A DNA stretch of 64,000 nt, from assembly GCA_002633005.1 (NCBI GenBank), contig NMRA01000080.1:649291-713290 (forward strand), read 5' to 3'. Origin of the DNA: Phoronis australis (lineage: Eukaryota; Animalia; Phoronida). A model generated the notes under the pieces. The model was not told where the DNA came from. It did not search any database and was given only the letters and a program-made list of their open reading frames with translations. Made by a program: the position numbers and the translations under genes. Every line of letters begins with the position of its first letter. The first letter of the stretch is position 1. Shown one piece after another: positions 37,232 through 50,700 of the stretch.

Positions 37232-38770
37232 CTGGTCTGTAGCCTTTAGTGGGAAGCTGCGGACCACTTGGGGACACGAGTGATGTCGATGACTAAAGCT
37301 CAAATGATGCTGTTGGCGTTCAACGTCGGAGTTGCGGTTCGTCCAAGCCTTCGTCCCTGCATTGTGTTCAATGTCACTTTGTAGAATTTGTCAAGAAAAT
37401 ATTGTAAATAAATAGTAATACTGTACAAAATAACTTGAAGAGTTGTTATATTAGTTTTACAATACCGTAATAGATGGCAATCTTCGGTTAGAGAATTCTT
37501 CAACGCAAATTACGAAAGGATCAATGTACTTGGCTACCAGACGGAGTCGAAGCATTATGCATAGGAGCTTCTGTCCCGTCACTTTGCTCCGTTCATCATC
37601 CAGTATGATCAACCACTCAAGTTTTAGCCGCCCTTAGTGTTCAGGCCTATGGAAAGTTGAATCGTGACAAGTTGTCAATCAACGCCAGAGGTTTCATATT
37701 CCTTTCCACTTAAGCCAGTTTGAGTGAACCTCAAAAGCAAGAAAACAATCGGGCAAGTTCAACAAGTTTATTCTGCAAAGGGCATTGAACAACCACTACT
37801 CGTGAATAACCAGGAGATTCAAGAATGGCACGACGACGTGGAGCTACACGAGTTTCGAGGAAAGGTCAATAGATGGCACTGTACGTTGACCTTTCCACAA
37901 GTGAAAATCGATGAACAGAATAATAACTAATACGAGTATCGACTGTGTTAAATAACTAAAGCACTTAATTCAATAAATCAATTCAGTTTGGCAAGAGATT
38001 CGTTATCAACAGACTGAATAGTTTCTTTGGCTATTTGTTTCTGAAGGAGCTCTATGATCACAAGTACACTCTGAACTTAAAAAACAAGAAGTGAATAGCT
38101 TTAGCACAAGAACAAATAAAACTTCATTTCATAGACAGTTGAGCAAGCAACTAAGCATTACACAGCGAGATTTGGTCGAGATTGCATTGTACACTTCAAT
38201 AAACCAGCAAGTGATGGCACACCTACCAGTAAGATCCCTGTTGTAAGATTATGCAGATCATTATTATAAATTAAGTAATTTATAATAAATTAAATAAATA
38301 AGCTGCCTAAAAAAACGAGACAATGTTGGTCGAAAGATCTAATGTAAATGAATAGCACTCAGTTCCATGTTAAGTGTTAGACGTGGCACGTCTCATAAAT
38401 GATTTGTCACAAACACCTCTAAGCATAACAACGGGGACCCGTTCCATAAACAAAGATAACCGTACCATCAATTTTGCTGCCGCAGATTTCTCAAGCAAAA
38501 TATGAAGGTGGTATTTCTTAGAGTGATGGCGGAATTTTGATTGAATTTGCAATAACGGTATCTTTTTTATGCAAGACGTAGCGTGTCATTCCCTGACCAC
38601 TGGACAGAATATACATGACCAGCTACGGCCAGTCAGTGATAAAACGGGCCCCAGCCTAAACTCACATCTCAAAACAGTTTGGCTAGATTAGATGATCAAT
38701 GTTATGGTGCATGATGACAGTATATACAAAATGAGCTGATTGACAAGGACTGATTAAATGCACCCTAAGG

Positions 38771-41700
38771 TCATATACTGGTCTCTTTAATTAACAGATC
38801 GGACGAGCCAGCACTCCAACAGCTAGCCTCCGATTTATTACTATGAAAGCTTACTACAGAATTATTACTCTGAATACTAGCATTTGACACGAGCTCATAC
38901 TGACTAGATTCCACGGACGTGGACTGGCTCGCCGAAACTAGTTTCTTGGGCTTGCAACAACATGGGAAGACACGATGCAGAACTTTGGCAGCTCTCTGAA
39001 TGAGTCGATCAAGCGGATCGAGTGAACGCATGGGCTCTGGTAAGAAGTCCCAGGAGCGGAGCTTGGCAGGCAGTAGGCCAGGACGCTTGTTCTGAATTAT
39101 ATTGATGATGACGACGACCACAATGAGGGTGGCAATGGGGATGGTGACTGATAGGAATGGGACAGTTCCAGCGGATGAGAGCCCAAAGAGGGTGCCGGGG
39201 ACGACGACGAACATGACGAGAAGATAGAACAAAGGGAACCAGCGGTAGTCCGCGGTGATGTTGCCGAGTAGTTTCGCCAGCTTGATCGGCACCCGTCTCA
39301 GTTGTGGGATGGGATAGAAGATGATAATGCCAGAGATGTTGAAGAACAGATGGCAGAGGCCAATTTGGATGGCGGATGGAAGGCGGTCACCGCTGGCGGC
39401 GAGAGCAGCTAGCAGTCCTGTACCCGTGGTGCCTATGTTGGAGCCCAGGGTCAACGGGTACATTCGGTCGATGCTGACGACTCCGATGCCGACAAGCGGG
39501 GTCAGCGCCGAAGTGAAGATGGAGCTGCTCTGCACCAAGATTGTCATGCCGGCACCAACGAGGATAGCGACGTACCCGGTGAGGAATGACAGCTTCCCAG
39601 GAAAGTCGGCGTTGACGGTCTTCTTGATGGCGGAAGCAATGCGTCCCCTGAGGACAGAGTGGAGAATCTTGACCATGAGAATCAGGCAGGCGCAGAGCAG
39701 GAGCAGGGCAAACGCCAACAGGATGATGCCGACAACAGAATCCCCCAGATGGGCGGCGTGCACAAACAGGAAGTTGCCTGAAAGAGACGCAACGCGACTT
39801 ACAGGTCTGGTGAAATTAAGTCAATCGCGAAGAAGTAACGGGCAGTTTTATTCTCACTGTCAACAGATTCATGTTGAGAGCACGTAGTCACAACCCAAAC
39901 TCTCAATTTAGAGCAGCACGCCAGTTTAAAATTAAAAACATTTCTTTTTGTAAGACTGTAGGTAACGTAAAACCTGGTGTGTAAGGTCACACACAGCCTT
40001 ACAGGGAAAATAAAGCAATTTCAAAACATAAAAAATGCAATATCCTTGAATAAAAGGACACGCGTCACTTTACTTGTTTTATGAAAATCAGCTTAAGATA
40101 ATAAAACATTGGTAGGCTGAAACCATTCATTGAAAATACTGAATAAATAATGGAGAAAAACAATGCATGTGTTGTGAATATCAAAGTAACGCTTGTGTTC
40201 ACCTCACAATGTAAATAACCCAAATGAGACATAAAAACACCAGGTTTTACAGTATTAGTGAATTCCCACACCAAACAAACACATAATACAAGCTATCCTG
40301 AGCTGGGGAGGAATTTGGAATGCTGTCAGAACCATGTCCACGACTGAAAGACTTCAAAAGAGCTAAAACGATGTTCGATGTTGCATAATAGAATACTTAG
40401 TTCTGTCTTGTGTCTGCTGCATATTTTCTGTACCCCCGGCTAAATTAGAAATGCAATAGGTTAGAATAACAGTGGAAGCCTCAACATATCCCCAATTGAA
40501 GGCGAGCCCAGCACCAACACTTCAACAGACACGCCTCTGAATTAATGATTTATCCCTGAAAGATTCTCAGAACTCATCAACTCTCTAGTGTCCGTGAAAA
40601 CAGTTCAGATTCTTAACTGACTTGTCCTCCGAGACTATCAGATGATGAATAGGTTCCGACACGCATTATTTTTTTCAGTAGATGCTGTCTGGTCTTGTTC
40701 ACAATAGTTTGTATTGACATTTTTCTACGAATGTGAGATGCTGTGAGAACACACGTTGCTTTAATACTGTACAGGTAACACTCAGAGTCATTCTTGCATA
40801 AGATGAATAAAACATTAAGTCTGGCATCCGATACTCACGCTGATGATAAAAATAAACCTTCATTTAAAATTAGCTTACTAGAAACCAGAACAGTGGATGA
40901 CACAAGAAATTTAAATTAATTAGTCAAACTGTTTAACAAAGAATCCTCAGAGGACTGGTCCAAATTGTCCATTGTAACAGAAGTTGAAAAACCAAATAAC
41001 TCGGTACAGAGCACAAATGGTTTGGCACCTGGGGAATGAAACACTATGCCAGCGAAGGTCGTGAACCAGGCTTCCAGCAACTCACTATAACCATACAATT
41101 ACCACGTCAGCAACACTTACATTTCTCAATTCCAACTTTGCGCGTTTCATTGACCAGCCGAGAGCTATTCATCATTTGGAAGACACCGTCGGATGTGGAG
41201 ATATTCTGCTCACTCGACACGTTGACTTCTGTGACAAGCTCCTCATATTTACACCACTCCTGTTGAACAAACATGGGAGATAAACCCTATTCTACTAACA
41301 TGGGAGATAAACCCTATTCTACTAACATGGGAGATAAACCCTATTCTGCAAATATACGGAGGTAATTACTTGTGTCTATCAATTTATCAATGAGCAAGTA
41401 CTGTGCTGGAAAGTAGGCAACTGAAAACCTACGTATGTTGGGTACACCAAACATTAAAAGAATATTCACATAAATGAAGTACAAAAAAATCTACATCGAC
41501 AGTATCAGCCACAATCTAGTGCACTGAGATGGATTCAAATTCCCAACTCTCAACAGAATAGCTGAAAGCCAGTGTGGCCAGTAGCTGAGTATTTAACTGG
41601 TAAGTCACCGGCCTCGATTTCAGTTAATCCTACACCATGGCTGGAAACTACCGTGAGGAATTGGCAACTTCTAATGCAAATTACAAGAAACACTACACAG

Positions 41701-44700
41701 TTCGTTGTCATAGAGCTCTGCCGAAAAGTCAATAACTTCACAAAAACACAAAAATGTACTATTGGCCCTAAAATCGATTGCGTCCATTTAATGAAGTTCT
41801 GTATACTTCGTTTTTGCTAAAAGCCTGTTCAAGTCACAAACCAAATTAAAGGAAATGTTATTCTATTAAGACTTCAGCTTGACATCTATTTTTGAAAACA
41901 AAAAAACAGAAATTGATTAAAGCCATCTTGCAGGGCTTGGAATGACCAATGACAAAAAACGCGGAAACTTTTACGGCCCAAATCATGCGCGCTACCCAGC
42001 CTTGAAATGATCGATGAACCTTTCCCCGACAAAAATCGGGAGGACTAAAAAAAAAAAAACGTTACCACCATCGGTAGCATGCGTCTGCGTCCTTTTAGGT
42101 CGCCCGTCGACTCCCAATCCACGCACTTTTGGCTGCAGAGCCATAGTATTTGTCACCGCGGTTTACAGTATCTCGAGACGCCATTGAAAATCCCACCACG
42201 CTATCCCAGATGCCCCGGCGATGTTGACAATTTACGTTCCTCCGAAACATAAAGAGCAACTTCCGCTTTTCGAGGTGAACGTCGTCTGCAACGCCGCGGT
42301 AAGAAAGGAATTTGCCGCGGAAATTTTATATCAAATCCGATTTTTTATGCGGAAATATTATAAAATGCGCGGAAAGAACATTTGAAAAAAGCGGAAATCC
42401 ACGTTTCCGCGGAAAATTCCAAGCCCTGATCTTGAGTAGAGGTCAATCAATTTCCCATCTAATGTCCAATTTGTTAAAAAGAATAAGGCACAACTTTAGT
42501 GGTACAAAACAACAAAAATGCAACAGAATGGAAGGCATACCCAGAAATCAAGACTTAATTAGTCCGAAGAAAATCGAATTTCGAGTCAATTACTTTGATG
42601 AAATTGAATTTCTGACGATGAACTGACAACTAATTTTCACATGCAATCTGAAGCACTTTAGACTCTCATTACTCAACAGTCATAATCAAATCAAGAGTGC
42701 AAGAGACAGTGATAATTATTCTTAACAGTTGAATAAGTTAGATTGGCAGGCAAATAATCAATACTGCATAGCCACACACCTTGATCAAGCTCTTATTCGA
42801 ATAGCTCTTGTCGCCAAGGGCGATGCCCTCTATGACCTTTTTATCCAGCTGAAATTCAAGGAGACTGTATTAGTTACTATCACAAGTGATATCACGTGAT
42901 ACAGCGATATCAACAAAAATAGTGCGAAATAGTTAAAGCTGCATTTCAACGTATAGCTGACAAAAACGAAAATTGAATGAAACCTTTTACCTTCGTGTCA
43001 ACCGAAATCTCAATTTATTATCTAATAACCTTTAATGATTTACAATTAACAGCATCCATTTATCACGTTACAAGAAAGCTGAAGAAGAAGTGCTATTGAG
43101 CATACATTTCACAAGACAACTGAAAAAAAAAAACTGCTCACCTGGATGACTAATTTCGTGAACGGCTTCGTGATGACTTTGAGCATGTCTTTATTTGTAT
43201 CCGATGTTTGGAGATTGTAAGATTTGACGACCACGTTGCTTAAGGAATACAAGTAACCTAGGAAATGAAGAAAAAACAAACGGCATCAACCAGATTCTTG
43301 GCACGTGACACATATTTAACTGAGCGGCGGCAACTGCCAAAGACCTTAAAACATGTCCGTCACTACAGAACTTCTCATTCAAACCCAGCGGAAAGGCCAA
43401 AATGCTGGTTTTTGCTAACAGATATTGAAACACAAAGCACACAAATGCTTGCAATTGCTTTAATTTTACTTTAAACACATAAAAAGATTTCAACTTCTTT
43501 GTTTTGTACCACGTTTCATTAGGTTTCTTCCGAAGTCAGAACTTAACTTCTAAAAACACAGTCTAGTAACATCTATTCAAATTGTGGTTGAACGTCCTCC
43601 AAAACTGAGTAAACATACTTTCAAGGGCACAGACTCCGGCACAATACAGATGTTACCCCCCACTCCACTGTTCATTACAAGCTAACAGCTGGCAACACCT
43701 CCAGTTTATGTAAGCCATACATGTTTACATCCTGACATCACACGCACATCCAATCCTCACTACAGCTGTTTAACACTTAGCATCAATACAACACGCCGTG
43801 ATTGCGTGCACAGTGTTTGTACATCAACAACCAGTGCTTGAAGCCCTATACAGTAAAATATCGCCATTTTCTGACAAAAATAGTGAGACTTGGCCTTTTT
43901 TATTTTTCAAAGTTTCTGACACTGTTGAGACTTGATAATTCATTTTCATGCATAATATACAAAAATTCATTTTAATTTGAAATTCAGTCATCTTGTTTCC
44001 CAACATCTTTAAGAATGTACACATAAATTATAATAACAATAATAGTAATATATTATTATTATTATTGTAACTATAATACTATTGCTGTTAACAATGCCAC
44101 ACTCACCTGTCAATGACTCGACAGGAAGGAGAATCAGCACAGTCAACCAGTTGAACATGTCATGGACAACGGCGCCACCAAATGCCCGGCGGAACTCGCT
44201 CTTGTCCGACGACTGAGCCAGCGAGACTAGTGTGTTGGTGACCGACGTACCAATGTTGGCACCCATGATGATGGGTATGGCGGGCCGCACTTCCAGAACT
44301 GAAAAGAACACCATAATTACTGGTACCAAAAAATACATTCCTCNNNNNNNNNNNNNNNNNNNNNNNNNNNNNNNNNNNNNNNNNNNNNNNNNNNNNNNNN
44401 NNNNNNNNNNNNNNNNNNNNNNNNNNNNNNNNNNNNNNNNNNNNNNNNNNNNNNNNNNNNNNNNNNNNNNNNNNNNNNNNNNNNNNNNNNNNNNNNNNNN
44501 NNNNNNNNNNNNNNNNNNNNNNNNNNNNNNNNNNNNNNNNNNNNNNNNNNNNGGCAAATAATCAATACTGCATAGCCACACACCTTGATCAAGCTCTTAT
44601 TCGAGTAGCTCTTGTCGCCAAGGGCGATGCCCTCTATGACCTTTTTATCCAGCTGAAATTCAAGGAGACTGTATTAGTTACTATCACAAGTGACATCACG

Positions 44701-47700
44701 TGATACAGCGATATCAACAAAAATAGTGCGAAATAGTTAAAGCTGCATTTCAACGTATAGCTGACAAAAAAGAAAATTGAATGAAACCTTTTACCTTCGT
44801 GTCAACCGAAATCTCAATTTATTATCTAATAACCTTTAATGATTTACAATTAACGGCATCCATTTATCACGTTACAAGAAAGCTGAAGTAGTGCTATTGA
44901 GCACACATTTCACAAGACAACTGAAGAAAAACTGCTCACCTGGATGACTAGTTTTGTGAACGGCTTCGTGATGACTTTGAGCATGTCTTTATTTGTATCC
45001 GACGTTTGGAGATTGTAAGATTTGACGACCACGCTGCTTAAGGAATACAGGTAACCTAGGAAACGAAGAAAAAGTAAACAACGGCATTAACCAGGTTCTT
45101 GGCACGTGACACGTATTTAACTGAGCAGCGGCAACTGGCAAAGACCTTAAAACATGTCCGTCACTGCAGAACTTCTCATTCAACCCAGCGGAAAGGCCAA
45201 AATGCTGGTTTTTGCTAACAGATATTGAAACACAAAGCACACAAATGCTTGCAATTGCTTTAATTTTACTTTAAACACATAAAAAGATTTTCAACTTCTT
45301 TGTTTTGTACCACGTTTCATTAGGTTTCTTCCAAAGTCAGAACTTAACTTCTAAAAATACAGTCTAATAACATCTATTCAAATTGTGGTTGAACGTCCTC
45401 CAAAACTGAGTAAACATACTTTCAAGGGCACAGACTCCGGCACAATACAGATGTTACTCCCCACTCCACTGTTCATCACAAGCTAACAGCTGGCAACACC
45501 TCCGGTTTATGTAAGCCATACATGTTTACATCCTGATACTACACTACCATCCAATCCTCACTACAGCTGTTTAACACTTAGCATCAATACAACACGCCGT
45601 GACCGCGTGCACAGTGTTTGTACATCATCAACCAGTGCTTGAAGCCCTATACAGTAAAATATCGCCATTTTCTGACAAAAATAGTGAGACTTGGCCTTTT
45701 TTATTTTTCAAAGGTTTCTGACACTGTTGAGACTTGATAATTCATTTTCATGCATAATATACAAAAATTCATTTTAATTTGAAATTCAGTCATCTTGTTT
45801 CCCAACATCTTTAAGAATGTACACATAAATTATAATAACAATAATAGTAATATATTATTATTATTATTATAACTATAATACTATTGCTGTTAACAATGTC
45901 ACACTCACCTGTCAATGACTCGACAGGAAGGAGAATCAACACAGTCAACCAGTTGAACATGTCATGGACAACGGCGCCACCAAATGCCCGGCGGAACTCG
46001 CTCTTGTCCGACGACTGAGCCAGCGAGACTAGTGTGTTGGTGACCGACGTACCGATGTTGGCACCCATGATGATGGGTATGGCGGGCCGCACTTCCAGAA
46101 CTGAAAAGAACACCATAATTACTGGTACCAAAAAATACATTCCTCAAGGAATTCTTCATTTCAAATCTAAAGTTATAGATCAATTACCACTTTTCGATTT
46201 TCGAAGGTTGAGCACTCAAAATTTCATGTTACCAATATTATTTTAGTAAAAATGTTATTCTAGTCACAGTGTTAGAACTCATTTTTGCCACATTGAGCCA
46301 TAAACTGAAGAATTTATTTATTAACATAAGCCGCAATGTATTTTCTGTCACAGAAACATCACCCATACTATTTTCTTGACTTAACAGAAACAATAAAATA
46401 CGCGCAAATCACAAACAGAAAACAAATTTCAACTGGGACAGCTGCTAAAGCTGGGAGTGCAGAAATAGAGGCAATTTTCATGACTTGGTGCCGCTTATGT
46501 CCCGTCAATAACAGATGATTCTAGGTTTGCTATCACAACGTGAATGGTGAAGGCGGTACCTCAGTATTAAATTACTGTTACAGTATTAAAACTGGCCGTT
46601 GTGATCATCATCGCTCGTTTGGCAGTAACGACTTTAAATAATTAACACCACTCTAACGAATTAATAATGACGTGTTTTCTCGGTTGGTAACAGTTTTTAC
46701 ATCATATATTCAACAAACTGTTTACTAGGGATAATCATGAAAATGCAACAGTCCAGATGCGACCGGAATTCAATCAACTTCATCCAATAAACAAAACAGC
46801 TGTCACAGAAGAAAGATTGTTTATCGTGTTACGAAAGTTGCATGTTAAACCCAACACTGGGTGGCAACCTTTTGTCTATTAATAGAAAACAAACGTCAAC
46901 ACAAACTTCTCTTAATTACCACATTTCACTTAACATTTCTTGCGTGCAACATGAGACACGACCAATGCTCCAAAAGTACACCACGCATGTTTTACTTAGC
47001 TGAACGGGAACAAAGAAATCAAGCTGTGACGCTGAGAAAAGCTCATTTTCAAACCAATAACATTGCAATTAAGAAAACAAGACGCATTAAGTGGTGAGAA
47101 ATTAACATTTATCTGTAGCTTCTATAATACACACTAGCTCACAAAAATCATCAGTCAAGTTGAGTCACCTCTATTCCTTGGGTGCCAAGTATGTACTTAT
47201 GTTTAAGTCGTCACTAACGTTAAGTCATCCGATTCATCACAGTCCCGAAAGTAACGACTTTACCAAAGTGGCGCGTAGGATATCAATTGACATAATTGTC
47301 AATAGAAGCCCATCTCCCATTAGCCATTCACAGACATTACCGACACCACAGCAATTGAAATCATAGACTTCTCGAGCACAGCGTTATTGTAAAAATTCTC
47401 CAATCTGGCACTGTCTACTGAATGAGCGACACAGGCGATTTCTGCTTTCACCATGTTTTTCATATTCCTGACCCTACGAGTTCAATAAAAAGCACAGAAT
47501 TTCTGACGTGGCTAAATTTGGCACCTTTCCCTTAATTTGGGACAGCCAAATTAGGGATATTCTATATTTAGTATAACTCCAACCCCGGGGTATATAACTG
47601 ACCCAAATTGGATTCTTTAACACAACACAACACAACACAAGAAAGGTTAGACCAACTATTAGACATACTTACTTCCAGAAGCAACCATGGTGACCACAAT

Positions 47701-50700
47701 AGAGGTGGACGTGCTGGAGCTCTGCACAAGAACAGTGGCTATGATGCCTAACATCAGTCCAGCGATGGGATTCTGGATCAGCTCACTGTCTGTGAACGCT
47801 TCACCTGTGATAAGGACAAAAGAGGTTGTAGCTCGAAACCTACTGTCAAACCATGTCTTAAGTACTATAGGTAAAAAATTGTGCTACTTTTTATGCCATT
47901 CATCAATTCCAGGGGTGGAATGTCCAATGACAAAAAGGGGAAAATTTTCCAGGTGATGTATCATTCCACAAACTGGCTTGTGTGAAAGAAATGCTTTTAT
48001 TCACGCAAGAACGTCTAATTCAGTTAAATTTTGTAACACGAAGTCAAAATAATGATAAAAAGAGATGATAAAAAGAGGAAACTGAAAATCAAGTAACAGG
48101 AAGTCGAAACCAAAAAAGAAATCCTCTTAAAACAGGAAAACTCCAAGTCCTGTAATTTAGTCCTTCATTTTAATTGAAACATTATATACATGCCAGACTT
48201 GTATGGAGAGCAATTCAATGCAAAGATTGCACGTACTATGTGAATGGCTTTTCTAATTTATTGTCAACAAGTCAAACCTAAATTTTCAATTCCTTGTCCA
48301 GTGAGATTGCAATAAAACATAAAAGAACTGTTAGTGAAGCAAATACAGATAAGAAGGATAAAAGGAAATTCTATGTGAACGACTAAATCAATAAATGGTT
48401 TCATTTTGTTTCAAACAATGCAGAGTGTCCTGGCCTTTCTTCATTGTTGTTAGGAGCAACAAACATATAACGTACAACTTTTGTGGTCCCTTTTATAAGT
48501 GAAAAATCAACAGAAACCATTCAAAATAAATGTAAACATTTATTTCCACCGCACGATAGGAGAGAATCGTGAAACGGAAATAAAAATAACCAGCTTAACC
48601 GACACATGAACCGATCCTAGTATAATTGTCTGTCAGTAAACAGTTAATTAAATAATAATAAGCATAAATTACTAAGTGGGAAAACAAAGAAGTCTGACAA
48701 CTACTTTACTGCGTGGAAAAAGCTGGTTAGGTCTGCAGAATGAAATCGCTGGCAAAGATTAGAATTGAATTCAATAAGTTATTGCTGCCTAAAGCCCTGA
48801 TTAGAGAATATAAACCAGTCTGAGCCAGAAGACGTGATCATGAGTGACGAGCTGTTTTGACCACGCCAACGTTCTCGGCATTGATTTTTTCCAAGGTTGT
48901 ATTCATTATTAAACCAGACAAAAACCCGCATTCCGTCCAAGAAATTAACTAAGGATTTAGATCACTTGCCGCTATAAAATTGGTCTAGACTTGTTCCTTA
49001 CTCAGATGAGAAAAAATTACGCTCTAAGAGTTCATTAGTTTAACAACGACTAAGATGACCCGCGTGACATGCCAACGTCTAGAGCCTGACTCTAACAAAA
49101 ATCAACTGTAAATTCTTCCCAAGTCTAATAATCAAGGTAAACTCAACTAAGGAACAATAGGAGACCAATTCTGTGTCATAACAGAAATTGGTCTGCATTA
49201 AAAGTTGTTTTTTGTAATGGAAGGTAGGTTTATAATCACTGTAATTTGTTTATTGTTGATTTTTACGAGGCCAACACCTACCATCAAATGTGTAGCAGCT
49301 CTGTGACTGCATGTATGTATTGATAAAACATGATGAATCAACAAATACTTTGCTAGATCAAACACCAGTTCGTGGAAACACTCGAGGTTACTGTGACCAA
49401 TCAAATTAACAGTACCATGTAATGAGCAAGACATGACATGGACATATTTTCTGTAATAACACATTCGCCTAACATGAATTGGATGCTGTTTCTGTTAACA
49501 TGTTTATTACCTTGGGACACTCTATTTCACACAACAGCGAGTAGTGTCTACAGCTTGGCTTTACTCTTTAACATCTCAAATACAGTACACTAACACTGCT
49601 GCTATGGTTATGCTGTAGTCGGAATGGAGAAAATGTGTTGTTTATGGCTTAATAATACCTTTCGTTCTTATTTTATTTTTACTTTGTTTGTACTTGGTCA
49701 CTTTCGATCAGCCGAGGCAGCATTCAATACAACTGTAACTATGTATCAGCTTCAGTCCCACATAAGTGTTCAAACTAGTTGACAAAGAAGCACAAAATGA
49801 CTTTCAACCTTATAAAGATTGACTGGAGACAAAAAAATCCATAAAACTTCCACAAATGCCTGTGCCTTTGTGGTCACAACGAATTGCAGCCAACTCTTCG
49901 TATAAGACCTCGGACTGGTTGGAATCGACCTAAGTGATCTCATTGTGGAGTTTCAGCGGCAATGTTTGCCCTAGACTATGTCACCTTGAGTGCAAATTTT
50001 GTCTGGCAAAAAGCACCACTTCATTTCTTGGTTATCTGGTCATTATTTTCTGTTGAGGAAACTACAAGATACACATTTTTTCCCCAGTACACGTTGTGCA
50101 CCCATCCTGTGTTATGAATTCCAGACCCCAAAAATTTGGAAGACCGGTCCACTAGACCCCAGAGTTTGAAAGTGTAGGGCAAACCTGCCACTGAGTACAT
50201 CAATTTGAAAATTTAGGTTTTATTTCCTCGTCTGTTTTCCTCCTCTGTTTTCATAGTCATTCAAATGATACAATGACTGAATCGAGACTTCAAGTCATAC
50301 AAGTTTCAGTTTACATTTCCTTTTCACCGAATTCGTTTCATCTCAAGGTGTTGGTTAGTGACAGCTGAGTTGGTTTTCAATTCCCCATTATTTCCAGTCA
50401 CATTTATGATCTAGACTCACGATAATTTTTTGTTTTTTTTTATAAATAATTAGTAAAATTACAAATAATTCCGACTTAATAAACACACATTCACCTATAA
50501 ACACACACAGGTGTGCCTATGGGGTTAATAACACAGAGAAAAAATCAGGTAATTAAATGAGCTATAAGGGTCTGCCTGTATAAACTTTCTTGTGATTACA
50601 ATTTTTAAATAGCTAATTTTCTACATAATAGTAATCAATAATTTCCATTTTGTCAACTTCCAATTTTGGCCAAAGGTTTTTCAGTCTTCTTTTATATATG

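Noticed and set aside
39321-39887. 188-aa plus-strand ORF as an antisense gene
   Set aside because: Shadow of the GC-rich SLC34 last exon; no independent splice or homology support.
41290-41330. TACTAAC branch-point consensus repeated in the 27-bp repeat
   Set aside because: It is on the + strand while the host intron is transcribed from the - strand.
44009-44581. Second SLC34 paralog
   Set aside because: Only exons 5-7 are repeated, they are nearly identical including introns, and they are bounded by an assembly gap.
49900-49990. tRNA gene on the minus strand (B-box-like GGTCGATTCC); similar GGTTCAAATCC near 15760
   Set aside because: No convincing cloverleaf; at most degenerate tRNA-derived SINE heads, too weak to annotate.
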